Shown one piece after another: positions 36,706-46,244 of a stretch of DNA of 64,000 bases. The stretch spans positions 1,190 through 65,189 of the forward strand of contig JBAZSF010000004.1 in NCBI GenBank assembly GCA_041662525.1. Direction: 5' to 3'. The notes under the pieces are model-generated. The model worked only from the letters and a program-made list of their open reading frames with translations. It did no database searches and was not told the DNA's origin. The DNA comes from Minisyncoccota bacterium (GTDB lineage: Bacteria > Patescibacteriota > Minisyncoccia > Phycocordibacterales > UBA9973). A program made the position numbers and the translations under genes. The stretch's first letter is position 1, and each line of letters starts with the position of its first letter.

Positions 36706-36775
36706 ATCTAAACATATAATTTTTGCTATGTCTAGGGGCATTTAGTCAATATAAAGAGTTATCCACAGGGGAGGG
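36706..36775 (-). promoter_or_regulatory. Promoter/leader module, copy B
   Basis: Homologous to 36326-36400. In transcript sense it contains a TTGACT -35-like hexamer and the conserved CCCCTAGACATAG box. Confidence 0.5.
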
Positions 36776-36841
36776 CTTGGAGGTATTTTTATAGTGGTTT
36801 ATAATGTTAACTAGGTGGGAAAAAGTGGGAAATATAATTTT

Positions 36842-37276
36842 ATGCTTATCGGCGAATACATACACACAATAGATGAGAAGAACCGAATGTCTTTGCCTGC
36901 AAAGTTTCGCAAGGAGCTAGGTAAGAAAATTATTATCACCCCCGGACTCGGACAATGTTTATTTATTTTTACAAATAAAGAATGGGAAAAGGTGAGTAAG
37001 AAACTTTCTGATTCAGATAATGACCTTTCATTTTTAAAAGCAGATCAAAGAAATTTTAATAGATATATGTTTGGACGAGCAGCAGAGGTAGAGATAGATT
37101 CCATCGGCAGAATTTTAATTCCAGATTTTCTGAAAGAAAGAATCGGACTTAAAAACACAGCAGCCATTGTCGGAGTCAAAGACAGAGTAGAAGTTTGGAA
37201 TGAGAAGAAGTGGTCGGAGGAAAAAGAGTTAGTAGAGAAGCAGGCAGAAGCATTAGCAGAAAAGCTTGCAAAATAG
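36842..37276 (+). CDS. mraZ: Transcriptional regulator MraZ
   Basis: MLIGEYIHTIDEKNRMSLPAKFR… is the MraZ DXXXR motif, with a duplicated SpoVT/AbrB-like half. The longest ORF starts at 36815. Confidence 0.85.
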   Translation: MLIGEYIHTIDEKNRMSLPAKFRKELGKKIIITPGLGQCLFIFTNKEWEKVSKKLSDSDNDLSFLKADQRNFNRYMFGRAAEVEIDSIGRILIPDFLKERIGLKNTAAIVGVKDRVEVWNEKKWSEEKELVEKQAEALAEKLAK

Positions 37277-38191
37277 ATGCAAAGCATACACAAGACAGTT
37301 CTTTTAAATGAAACAATAGATGGTTTGAACTTAAGGTCAGATTCTGTCGTTTTGGATTGCACTTTTGGAGGGGGCGGACATAGTATGGAAGTTTTAAAAA
37401 GATTTCCAAAAGCGAAAATCATTGCGCTTGATCAAGATGCTGCTACTTTTGAAAAAGCGAAAGGAAAGTTCAAAGGATTAGAGAACAGAATTACTTTTGT
37501 AAATGGTAATTTTAGAGATTTAGACAAAGTTTTTTCCCCGAAGCCGGGCTTAGGGGAATCAGGGACGGGAGAGATAGACGGAATTATTTTTGACTTAGGT
37601 TTGAGTTCTGACCAATTAGAAAATTCTGGACGAGGATTTTCCTTCATGAAAGATGAGCCATTACTCATGACCATGAAAGAAAACCCTCGGGTAGAAGACC
37701 TTACTGCACAAGACATCGTAAACACATGGAGTGAAAAAAGTTTAGCTGATATTATCTACGGCTACGGAGAAGAAAGATATAGCCGAAAGATAGCAAAGGT
37801 GATAGTAGAAGCAAGAGAGAAGGGGAAGATAGAGACAACTTTTGATCTAGTAAAGATAATTAGCGGGTCAGTTCCGGCAGGATACAGAAGAGGAAGATTG
37901 CATTTTGCCACTAGAACATTTCAAGCATTACGGATAGCGGTCAATGATGAGTTAGGGGTCTTGAAAGATGGGTTAGAAAAAGGATTTAATCAGTTGAAAA
38001 TTGGGGGCAGGATGTCGGTGATTTCATTTCATAGTTTAGAAGACAGGATAGTAAAAAGATTTTATAAAGAATTAGAAAAAGAGGAAAAAGGAAGATTAAT
38101 AAATAAGAAACCCATTTTAGAAAGTGAAAAAGAATTAAAAGATAATCCTCGGTCGAGAAGCGCAAAATTAAGAATTTTAGAAAAATTATGA
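37277..38191 (+). CDS. rsmH: 16S rRNA (cytosine1402-N4)-methyltransferase RsmH (MraW)
   Basis: HKTVLLNETIDGL…DCTFGGGGHS SAM-binding motif. Position after mraZ. Confidence 0.9.
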   Translation: MQSIHKTVLLNETIDGLNLRSDSVVLDCTFGGGGHSMEVLKRFPKAKIIALDQDAATFEKAKGKFKGLENRITFVNGNFRDLDKVFSPKPGLGESGTGEIDGIIFDLGLSSDQLENSGRGFSFMKDEPLLMTMKENPRVEDLTAQDIVNTWSEKSLADIIYGYGEERYSRKIAKVIVEAREKGKIETTFDLVKIISGSVPAGYRRGRLHFATRTFQALRIAVNDELGVLKDGLEKGFNQLKIGGRMSVISFHSLEDRIVKRFYKELEKEEKGRLINKKPILESEKELKDNPRSRSAKLRILEKL

Positions 38192-38598
38192 AACAAGCAA
38201 CCTTACAATTTAAGACACGCATCCATAACGTAAATATTATGAACAATAATATTGAAATTGAAAAGAATATTTTTTATACAATGGTTTTTATTTTTATAGG
38301 ACTAGCATTTTTTTATGTGTTTATTTTAGGGAACATGGTTTTTAGTATTGTAGCGAGGAGAGCTCTAGAAAAAGAAATGGTTGCTCTTTCTAGTGAAATA
38401 AGTAAATTAGAGGTTTCTTATTTAACTGTTTCTAATAGTATTGATATGAATCTTTCTTCTACTATGGGATTTAAAGAAACCAAAGCAACTTTTGCCACTC
38501 GCAAACCCCTCGGACGTAGTTCTACGGGTGAGACCCTTGGATTTAATGTGAGCGGGGGGCATCTTGGAAATATAAAACTTAATAATAATGAAATCTAG
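38188..38598 (+). CDS. FtsL-like cell division membrane protein (candidate)
   Basis: Single TM plus a coiled coil, located between rsmH and ftsI as in dcw clusters. Confidence 0.45.
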   Translation: MKQATLQFKTRIHNVNIMNNNIEIEKNIFYTMVFIFIGLAFFYVFILGNMVFSIVARRALEKEMVALSSEISKLEVSYLTVSNSIDMNLSSTMGFKETKATFATRKPLGRSSTGETLGFNVSGGHLGNIKLNNNEI

Positions 38599-40303
38599 TT
38601 TTGTTTTTAGATCTAGAATAATTCTTTTTTTCGTTTTAATTTTTGCCGCCGTACTTATGACAAAACTTTTTTTTGTGCAATTTGTGCATGGTGGTACTTA
38701 TTCGCAAGCCGCAGATCGTCAATATTCAACACCTTCATCAAATATTTATGAACGCGGGACTATTTATTTTGAGCGCAAAGATGGAGAGCTTGTTTCTGCC
38801 GCTGTTCAGACCGCTGGTTTTAAAATGGCTATCAATCCTAGTAAAATTACTAATGGAGAATCTGTTTATAAAAAATTGTCAAAAATAATAACTTTTGATC
38901 ATGATGATTTTATATCAAGGGTAGGACAAAAGAATGATCCGTATGAAGAAATAGCAAACCATCTTTCTAAAGAACAAGCTGATGCTATTTCTGCATTAAA
39001 AATAGGAGGAGTAAATATTTTTAAAGAAAAATGGCGTTTTTATCCTGGAGGTAGCTTGGCCGCGCATTCTATTGGTTTCGTGGGTTATAAAGGCAATGAA
39101 TTAGGTGGACGTTATGGACTTGAGAGACAATATGATTCCATTTTGGCTCGCAATGTAAACAACCCTTACATTAATTTTTTTGCTGAAGTTTTCTCTAACA
39201 TAAATGAAACTTTATTTTCCGATAAAATAGCCGAAGGAGATATAGTAACGACGATCGAACCTCAGGTTCAAAGTTTTTTAGAAAAAAAAATAATTGAAGT
39301 AAAGAATAAATATCAAGCTGATTCTGTGGGTGGGATAATTATGAATCCTATAGATGGATCTATTTTTGCCTTAGGGGCTCTTCCTTCTTTTGATCCAAAT
39401 ATTTTTAATCAAAATAAAACAGTTTCAGTATTTTCAAATCCATTAGTAGAAAATGTCTTAGAATTTGGTTCTGTAGTCAAGCCTTTGGTTATGTCCGGTG
39501 CTCTAGATGCAGGAGTGCTGACTGCTGACACGAAATACAACGATACTGGCAAGGTTATTGTCGAAAAACATGAAATATTTAATTTTGACAAAAAAGGCAG
39601 GGGACCAGGGACAAGCATGCAAGAAGTTTTAAATCAATCTCTTAACACGGGTATGGTTTTAGTAGAACAGAGGTTAGGTAAAGTAAAATTGCGGGATTAT
39701 TTATTAGGTTTTGGTATTAAAGAAAAAACAGGAATTGATTTACCGAATGAAACTTCGGGGCTTGTCTCGGGTATTTTAACAAGTCCTCGTGAAATTGAAT
39801 ACGCTAACGCTGCTTTTGGTCAAGGAATTGCTTTTACTCCATTTGAATTAATTCGAGCGTTAGCTTCTCTCAGCAATGGTGGGAATTTAGTTGTCCCGCA
39901 TCTTGTTAAAGAAATAAAATATACTGATGGGACTTCTAAAAAAATTACTTATGGAACGGTTCCTGCAAAAATTACAAAAGCCACCTCTTTAGAAATAACT
40001 AGAATGCTTGTGCAGGTTATGGATAAAGGGATAGCTGGGGATGCAAAAAAACTTGATCATTTTAGCGTGGCAGCAAAAACAGGTACCGCGCAAGTTGCGG
40101 ATAATGTAAATGGAGGATATTATGTAAATAGGCATAACCATTCTTTTGTAGGTTATTTCCCAGCTTATGACCCGAAGTTTATAGTTTTTCTTTATGCTAT
40201 AAATCCTAAAGGAGTGCTTTATTCCGCGACGACTTGGACTGATCCTTTTTTAGAGATTACAAAATTTTTATTAAATTATTACAATGTCCCGCCAGATAGA
40301 TAA
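38588..40303 (+). CDS. ftsI: Peptidoglycan D,D-transpeptidase (PBP2/FtsI class B penicillin-binding protein)
   Basis: N-terminal TM. SxxK (GSVVKP), SxN (NQSLN), KTG(T) (AAKTGTAQV). Confidence 0.85.
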   Translation: MKSSFVFRSRIILFFVLIFAAVLMTKLFFVQFVHGGTYSQAADRQYSTPSSNIYERGTIYFERKDGELVSAAVQTAGFKMAINPSKITNGESVYKKLSKIITFDHDDFISRVGQKNDPYEEIANHLSKEQADAISALKIGGVNIFKEKWRFYPGGSLAAHSIGFVGYKGNELGGRYGLERQYDSILARNVNNPYINFFAEVFSNINETLFSDKIAEGDIVTTIEPQVQSFLEKKIIEVKNKYQADSVGGIIMNPIDGSIFALGALPSFDPNIFNQNKTVSVFSNPLVENVLEFGSVVKPLVMSGALDAGVLTADTKYNDTGKVIVEKHEIFNFDKKGRGPGTSMQEVLNQSLNTGMVLVEQRLGKVKLRDYLLGFGIKEKTGIDLPNETSGLVSGILTSPREIEYANAAFGQGIAFTPFELIRALASLSNGGNLVVPHLVKEIKYTDGTSKKITYGTVPAKITKATSLEITRMLVQVMDKGIAGDAKKLDHFSVAAKTGTAQVADNVNGGYYVNRHNHSFVGYFPAYDPKFIVFLYAINPKGVLYSATTWTDPFLEITKFLLNYYNVPPDR

Positions 40304-40343
40304 CCTCACCCCAGCCCTCTCCTGACAAGAGAGGAAGAAATCA

Positions 40344-41684
40344 ATGAAAACAACTTTTAGAAACGCAATAGTTTATATTTTAAAAATTGAGTCGCAACTC
40401 GTGCTTTTTAGATATAAGCCAAAAATAATAGCAGTTACTGGATCAGTCGGTAAGACTTCTACTAAAGATGCAGTCTATGCTGTGCTTTCAAAGATTTCCC
40501 ATGTTCGTAAAAGTGAAAAAAGTTTTAATAGCGAAATAGGTTTGCCCCTTACTATTTTAGGTATTCCTAATGGATGGAATAATCTTTTCGTTTGGCTCTT
40601 AAATATATTAAAAGGCTTGTGGCTTTTTTTAAATCCTTTTGGGCCTAAATATCCAAAATGGCTCGTACTTGAAGTCGGGATAGGAAAGCCAGGAGACATG
40701 AAAAAAACTGCCTCTTGGATTAAAACTGACGCTGTTATTATGACTGCCATAGGGGATACTCCTTCTCATGTTGAATTCTTTCTCTCCCATAAACATCTCG
40801 TAGAAGAAAAAAGTCAACTTATAAAAACCTTAAAAAAAGACGGAATTTTAGTATTGAATGCAGACGACAAAATGATTCTTAATATGAAAGAAAAAAGCAA
40901 ACACTATACCATCACATATGGATTTAAAGAAGGCGCTGATGTGATAGGCTCTGGTGATACTATTTTTTACAATAAAGACAATGAACCAGAAGGGGTAATC
41001 TTTAGAGTAGACGAAGGGGGCAGCAGTTTACCCGTCGTGATAGAAAAAGTTTTTGGACGAAACCATATTTATGCTGCACTCTCGGCTTTGGCATTATCTT
41101 TTGGTTTAAAGTTCAATATGTTGGCAGCAGTGGATGCGCTTAAAGATTATGATGTGGCACCTGGGCGGATGAGATTACACAAAGGGATAAATGATAGTTT
41201 GATTATTGATGATACATACAATTCTTCGCCTTTTGCTTGTGAGTTTGCATTAAAGACTTTAGGTGAAATGAAAGGGTCAGGAAGAAAAATTGCTATCTTG
41301 GGTGATATGTTAGAACTCGGCAAACATACTATTGAAGCTCATAAAAATATTGGGAAAATTGCTAAAGATAATATAGATATTTTAATTGTGGTTGGACAAA
41401 GGGCAGAAAAAATAAAAGAAGGAGCGATAGAAGCAGGAATGAGAGAAAAAAACCCGCCTCGCGTCGACGAGTCTTCGCGAGTCGAGGCGGGTATTTTTCA
41501 ATTTTTAAATTCTAATGAAGCAGGGGATTTTATAAAAACTTTTGTAGAGAAAAATGATATTGTGCTAGTGAAAGGATCCCAAGGTATGCGAATGGAGCGA
41601 GTAGTAGGAGCGATACTTTTAGATCAAGAAAATAAATATAAGTTGTTAGTGCGCCAAGAGCCAGAGTGGCTAGAGAAAAAATAA
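40344..41684 (+). CDS. murF: Mur ligase, probably UDP-MurNAc-tripeptide--D-Ala-D-Ala ligase MurF
   Basis: IIAVTGSVGKTSTKD P-loop, Mur ligase middle and C-terminal domains, 446 aa. Carries an in-frame GC-rich hairpin at 41446-41498. Confidence 0.65.
   Translation: MKTTFRNAIVYILKIESQLVLFRYKPKIIAVTGSVGKTSTKDAVYAVLSKISHVRKSEKSFNSEIGLPLTILGIPNGWNNLFVWLLNILKGLWLFLNPFGPKYPKWLVLEVGIGKPGDMKKTASWIKTDAVIMTAIGDTPSHVEFFLSHKHLVEEKSQLIKTLKKDGILVLNADDKMILNMKEKSKHYTITYGFKEGADVIGSGDTIFYNKDNEPEGVIFRVDEGGSSLPVVIEKVFGRNHIYAALSALALSFGLKFNMLAAVDALKDYDVAPGRMRLHKGINDSLIIDDTYNSSPFACEFALKTLGEMKGSGRKIAILGDMLELGKHTIEAHKNIGKIAKDNIDILIVVGQRAEKIKEGAIEAGMREKNPPRVDESSRVEAGIFQFLNSNEAGDFIKTFVEKNDIVLVKGSQGMRMERVVGAILLDQENKYKLLVRQEPEWLEKK
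41446..41498. repeat. Terminator-shaped GC-rich palindrome inside the murF coding sequence
   Basis: aaaaaaacccgcctcg-cgtcgacgagtcttcgcgagt-cgaggcgggtattttt encodes …REKNPPRVDESSRVEAGIF… in frame. Confidence 0.65.
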
Positions 41685-41701
41685 ATTTTTATTTTTGAAG
41701 T

Positions 41702-41736
41702 AAAAAAAGGGGATGAGCTCCTAAAAGCTCACCCCT
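41702..41736. terminator. Bidirectional terminator between murF and the DsrC-like gene
   Basis: aaaaaaaggggatgagct-cctaaa-agctcacccct. Confidence 0.6.
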
Positions 41737-41755
41737 AACGACTAAAAGGAAACGA

Positions 41756-42091
41756 TTATATGCAACCTGTTGGTTTGGGAAGTCCTGCATATTTACATGA
41801 CCGTTTTACAGGACTACCCGGATATAATTTGAAAAGGTGTTTTGAGTTGCCTTTTTCTGGTCCCAACACCCTCCCTATCACCCTTATAAGGTTATTAAAA
41901 AAAGGAACAATCTGGTACTGCTTGTAATGGTCTCTGAGTAAATTGATCACCTCCCAGTGTTCTGGTGTCAATTCTGTATTGTCCTGTTTAGCAAGAACTT
42001 CTGCAAGCTCCTTGCTCCAGTCATCGAGGTTCAGAAGATAGCCGTCGTCATCCACCTCAATCTGTCTTCCTTGAAAATCTATTGTTGGCAT
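41756..42091 (-). CDS. DsrC/TusE-family sulfur-relay-like protein
   Basis: The C-terminal …CKYAGLPKPTGCI has the conserved penultimate Cys and a second Cys 10-11 residues upstream, as in DsrC/TusE. Confidence 0.65.
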   Translation of the reverse strand: MPTIDFQGRQIEVDDDGYLLNLDDWSKELAEVLAKQDNTELTPEHWEVINLLRDHYKQYQIVPFFNNLIRVIGRVLGPEKGNSKHLFKLYPGSPVKRSCKYAGLPKPTGCI

Positions 42092-42177
42092 TTTTGCCCT
42101 CCTTTGAACTTTAATTCCCTACAAAGTAGGGAAGTTTCATCTAAGGTGATTCTAGTGAAATAACCAAGAAAGTCAAT

Positions 42178-42426
42178 TTAGATTTTTCCAACAATTTTTG
42201 CGAGCCAATTTTCTATTTTATTTACAAAGGAAAGGGAGTGTTTGTTTTTTTGCGCGTGTTTTTGAATCTGCAGGCGAATTTTTGGGAAATAAAGAGAAAG
42301 AATCATAAATCCAATAATCAAGAAAGGAATCCCCTGCAAAAAAGGTATTATTAAACCAATCAATCCAAATAAGATGAAAATAATCCCAAGAGTTAAAATA
42401 AAAACTTTTTTTATTTTCTTTCGCAT
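42178..42426 (-). CDS. Small two-TM membrane protein (hypothetical)
   Basis: 82 aa with two hydrophobic helices. Confidence 0.3.
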   Translation of the reverse strand: MRKKIKKVFILTLGIIFILFGLIGLIIPFLQGIPFLIIGFMILSLYFPKIRLQIQKHAQKNKHSLSFVNKIENWLAKIVGKI

Positions 42427-42489
42427 CGTGAAAGCATTATAGCATTATTTGATTTTTGTGACGTGTTCTAATTATGGTATCATTATTTT

Positions 42490-43044
42490 ATGAAACTCTT
42501 GATAATTTTTGGCCCTCCGGCGGTAGGGAAAACCACAGTAGGGAAGATAATAGAATCAAAGTCTGATTTTAAACTTTTTCATAACCATATGGCCTTGGAT
42601 GGAATAATGCATTTATTTGGGATTGGAACTCCTTCTGAAGACAAATTGAGTCGTGTTGTTCGAGAAAATATCATCAAAGAAGCTGCAGAGGCCGGTATGA
42701 ATTTAATTTTTACTTACGTGTGGAATTTTGCAAAAGAAAAAGGAAAAACCAACATAGACTCTTATAAAAAAATTTATGAATCAGCTGGCGGTAAAGTAAT
42801 TTTTGTGGAATTAGTTGCTCCGCTTTCTGTCCGAGCCCTACGTGCTGATGACCCTATGCGTAACGTAGAGAAAAAATATGCTCCAAATAAAGAACGTGTA
42901 CTTGCTTTAGAAAATACTATGGATTTTAATAGTCCTGATCCTTTCTTCTATCCAAATTATACAAAAATTGACACAGAAAATAAAACACCGGAAACCATTG
43001 CTGATGAAATTCTCCCATTACTTATGATAGAATTAAAGAAATGA
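42490..43044 (+). CDS. P-loop NTPase / small-molecule kinase-like protein
   Basis: LIIFGPPAVGKTT Walker A at the N-terminus. About 184 aa. Confidence 0.5.
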   Translation: MKLLIIFGPPAVGKTTVGKIIESKSDFKLFHNHMALDGIMHLFGIGTPSEDKLSRVVRENIIKEAAEAGMNLIFTYVWNFAKEKGKTNIDSYKKIYESAGGKVIFVELVAPLSVRALRADDPMRNVEKKYAPNKERVLALENTMDFNSPDPFFYPNYTKIDTENKTPETIADEILPLLMIELKK

Positions 43045-43415
43045 GAAATTATAATGCAAAAGATGTTGATTCTTATATTGCAGGTTCAGAGAAAGAGGCT
43101 CGTCCTCATCTGAAGGAGCTTCGGAAAATAATAAAATCAACTGTTCCAAAAGCAGAAGAGGGAATAAGCTGGGGTGTACCATTCTACAAGTATCACGGCC
43201 TTTTGGGCGGATTTGCAGTATTTAAAAACCATGTTAGCTTTGGTCTGGCTTTTGTGTTTGAAAAGAAAGACCGTGAAATACTTGAAAAAAAAGGTTACAA
43301 AACTGGAAGTAAAACGGTGCAAATTAAATTTGACCAAAAAGTGCCAATCAAAGAGATAAAACAAATTCTAAAAGCGAAAGCAAAAATGAATGAGGTCAAA
43401 AAAGTGATAAAATAA
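43041..43415 (+). CDS. DUF1801 (YdhG/YdeI-like) domain protein
   Basis: Size and …YIAG…PHLKELRKIIKS…GISWGVPFY… pattern. Confidence 0.45.
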   Translation: MRNYNAKDVDSYIAGSEKEARPHLKELRKIIKSTVPKAEEGISWGVPFYKYHGLLGGFAVFKNHVSFGLAFVFEKKDREILEKKGYKTGSKTVQIKFDQKVPIKEIKQILKAKAKMNEVKKVIK

Positions 43416-43427
43416 ATTTTTAGTTTT

Positions 43428-44396
43428 TTATCTTAGGATTAAATTAAAAAGATATCCTGTGAATATAATACCGACTGCTACAATTCCCGCAAATATAAAA
43501 ATTAATTTAATTTTCATCACTCTTTTTAAAATCATAAACTCTGGCAAAGATAAAGCCGTCACAGACATCATAAATGCCAGGGTGGTACCCACAGACACTC
43601 CCTTCTCTGTTAGAGCAGAAACAAGGGGTATAACTCCCGCAGCATTTGAATACAGAGGGATACCGATGATCACAGCCAAAGGCACAGCGTACCATTTATC
43701 ACTTCCCGCATATTGTGCTAGAAAATCAGCAGGAACATAACCATGTATCCAAGCACCAATTCCAATACCAATTAAAATATAAATCCAAACTTTTTTAATA
43801 ATATTTAATGTATAATTTTTAGCATAAATAATTCGCTCTCTTCTTGTCATTGTTGGTAAGTTTGCACTTCCATTTATGGTATTTTGATAAACGAATGGTT
43901 CAACTAAATTTTCTACTTTCATTTTGCCAATAATCATTCCTGAAAGGATAGAAATGATAAGTCCACTCACTATATACATCAGAGCAATTTTCCAACCAAA
44001 CATTCCTAGGAGTAAAATTAAAGCCACTTCGTTTATCATGGGCGAAGCTACAAGAAAAGAAAAAGTGGTTCCGAGTGGAACACCTGCTTGGATAAAACCT
44101 AAAAATAATGGTATGGCAGAACAAGAACAAAAAGGAGTGATGATTCCTAAAAGGGAGGCGAAAATATTCCCAACATATTTATTCTTACGAGATAATATTG
44201 CTCTTATTTTTTCTGGTGGTAAATATGAGCGAATAATTGAAACAAAAAAGATAATCACAAAAAGCAAGAGGAATATCTTTATGGTGTCATAGATAAAGAA
44301 ATTGATTGCGAGAGCTTTAAGAGTTTTTGGGGTAATTGCAAGAACAGAATAAGTAAGCCAATTAGCTAGTATTTGTATTGGATAGAAGATACTCAT
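43428..44396 (-). CDS. Permease of the YraQ/UPF0718 (DUF318) family
   Basis: Polytopic membrane protein with the family's …FCSCSAIPLF… motif. Confidence 0.65.
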   Translation of the reverse strand: MSIFYPIQILANWLTYSVLAITPKTLKALAINFFIYDTIKIFLLLFVIIFFVSIIRSYLPPEKIRAILSRKNKYVGNIFASLLGIITPFCSCSAIPLFLGFIQAGVPLGTTFSFLVASPMINEVALILLLGMFGWKIALMYIVSGLIISILSGMIIGKMKVENLVEPFVYQNTINGSANLPTMTRRERIIYAKNYTLNIIKKVWIYILIGIGIGAWIHGYVPADFLAQYAGSDKWYAVPLAVIIGIPLYSNAAGVIPLVSALTEKGVSVGTTLAFMMSVTALSLPEFMILKRVMKIKLIFIFAGIVAVGIIFTGYLFNLILR

Positions 44397-44404
44397 AACC
44401 TCTC

Positions 44405-44590
44405 TTATTTTCTAAATGAAATAAATCCAATATAAATAGCTAGAATCACCCCTAGCACTATTAATAAAGTTATGTATTGAGAAAAAACTTCATGCCAATA
44501 TGCACCGACAGCAAGCCCAAAAGAAAATAATGCTAATTTTAATAAACCAACCTGCCACCAACTATACGTGTAGTTTTTAAATATGTTCAT
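44405..44590 (-). CDS. Small membrane protein (hypothetical)
   Basis: 61 aa with two hydrophobic segments. Co-oriented directly after the permease. Confidence 0.3.
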   Translation of the reverse strand: MNIFKNYTYSWWQVGLLKLALFSFGLAVGAYWHEVFSQYITLLIVLGVILAIYIGFISFRK

Positions 44591-44646
44591 AGGTATATTG
44601 TACCATCAAAATTATATTAGTTTCAATTAAATAAAAGTTTTTAGTC

Positions 44647-45234
44647 TTACCTTATACCTGTATCGCAAAAAATAGTTGCGGATGTAAAAATATTTGGACT
44701 CACAGTAACCTCTGGATGATCGCACCTTGGTAATTTATTTTCTCCTGCACCTAAAGTATATTTTCCTGGTGGTAGGGAAGCAGAGAAATTTCCATCGGCA
44801 TCACTGGTAGTTATTACAAATGGATGCACTGGATCATTTGCACGGAAGACAACGACTGTGGTTTTGTATGGCTTGTCGGCACAATTTGGGTCTGGTGGGA
44901 TACGCTCTACTGGACATGTTGGTCCTAACATGACTTTTCCTTTTACTCCTGATTGATATGGAAGAATGCTAGGTGTTCCTTTATTGTCCGGTAAAGTAAC
45001 TTCAGGGCAAGCAGTAAATTCACAATTAGGCCCAAAACGTCCTACATAAGAACCATCTGGGCATAATTTTGCTTCCTTTGTGCATGCGACTGGATTATTA
45101 CCAAAATGATTATAGTTATGATTATAGTTTTTGTTGTATTTTTCGTATAAGATGCTACATCCCACAACACATAAAATTACTAATATTAGTAGCGCAATTG
45201 ATATATATAAAAAACGATGTTCACTGTTTTTCAT
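44647..45234 (-). CDS. Secreted/membrane-anchored Cys-rich protein (hypothetical)
   Basis: N-terminal TM/signal, eight-plus Cys residues, an NYNHNYNH low-complexity stretch, …PPGKYTL… beta-sandwich-like segment. Confidence 0.4.
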   Translation of the reverse strand: MKNSEHRFLYISIALLILVILCVVGCSILYEKYNKNYNHNYNHFGNNPVACTKEAKLCPDGSYVGRFGPNCEFTACPEVTLPDNKGTPSILPYQSGVKGKVMLGPTCPVERIPPDPNCADKPYKTTVVVFRANDPVHPFVITTSDADGNFSASLPPGKYTLGAGENKLPRCDHPEVTVSPNIFTSATIFCDTGIR

Positions 45235-45306
45235 GATTAATTATAATGATGACATTAAAGCTAAAAGATTTCAAGCTGAGGGAGATGTTTATGTTATAAT
45301 CATTTT

Positions 45307-46164
45307 ATGAAACTTAGCAAAGGATTCTATTTTACTTTTGGAGCAGCATTTTTCTGGGCATTAGGTATTATTACAACAAAATTTATTTTTCTTAGAGGAG
45401 AAAATGTATTTAACTTTACTTTTTGGGTAATTATTTTTGCTACTCCTTTTTGGATATTTACTCTCTATAAAAAAAGAGATGAATTAAAAAGAATTACTCG
45501 CCAAGATTATCTTTTATTGCTCAGCACAGGCCTAATCAGTATGGTTCTTTTGAATATAGTTGATTTCTTTGCCATAAAATACAGTTATGCTATAAATTAT
45601 TCTTTTTTAATTAGAACTAGTATTATTTTTACTATATTTTTCTCTTTTCTATTTTTAGGAGAAAAAATTACGCTTAAAAAGATTATTTTAGCCACCCTGA
45701 TTTTAATAGGTGCTTTTTTCCTTACAACCAAAGGTCAAAAAATTATTTTATCGAGAGGAGATATATTAACTTTGATAGATGCAGCTTTGGTATCTTTTGG
45801 AAATACAATCTTGGGTAAAATTGCTGTAAAAAGAATGAGTGCTGGGTTAAGCGCTTCAGCTACTTTTTTAGTTGGTGTAATACCAGTAACATTAATTGTT
45901 TTATTTCTTCATAAATTAGAAATACCAAATTCAATATATTTAATTATATTAGCTGCAATTTTTTCTACAGCTGGAGCCCTTTTAAGGTTTAGGGCATATC
46001 AGAATGCCACAGCTTCTTATGTAGCGATGGTTTACTCATTTACACCAGTGATAGTATTTATTTTGGCTGTTATTTTCTTAAAGGAATCTGTTACTTATTT
46101 TCAGCTCATTGGAGGAACTCTAATAGTATTTTCTGGTGTGCTTGTTGAAAAATTAAAGATATAA
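45307..46164 (+). CDS. EamA/DMT-superfamily transporter
   Basis: About 10 TM helices in two repeated halves. Confidence 0.6.
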   Translation: MKLSKGFYFTFGAAFFWALGIITTKFIFLRGENVFNFTFWVIIFATPFWIFTLYKKRDELKRITRQDYLLLLSTGLISMVLLNIVDFFAIKYSYAINYSFLIRTSIIFTIFFSFLFLGEKITLKKIILATLILIGAFFLTTKGQKIILSRGDILTLIDAALVSFGNTILGKIAVKRMSAGLSASATFLVGVIPVTLIVLFLHKLEIPNSIYLIILAAIFSTAGALLRFRAYQNATASYVAMVYSFTPVIVFILAVIFLKESVTYFQLIGGTLIVFSGVLVEKLKI

Positions 46165-46172
46165 ATAATTTG

Positions 46173-46244
46173 TGACCCTACGCGGAATCGAACCGCGATT
46201 CCATCCTTGAGAAGGATGTGTCCTAACCGTTAGACGATAGGGCC
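46173..46244 (-). tRNA. tRNA-Glu (anticodon CTC)
   Basis: The reverse complement is GGCCCTATCGTCTAACGGTTAGGACA-CATCC-TTCTCAA-GGATG-…GTTCGATTC…TAGGGTC. Confidence 0.8.

Noticed and set aside
41446-41498. Hairpin with A/T-runs considered as the true 3' end of murF, with a separate downstream gene
   Set aside because: The reading frame continues uninterrupted, and the downstream peptide (…DIVLVKGSQGMRMERVV…) is the conserved MurF C-terminus.
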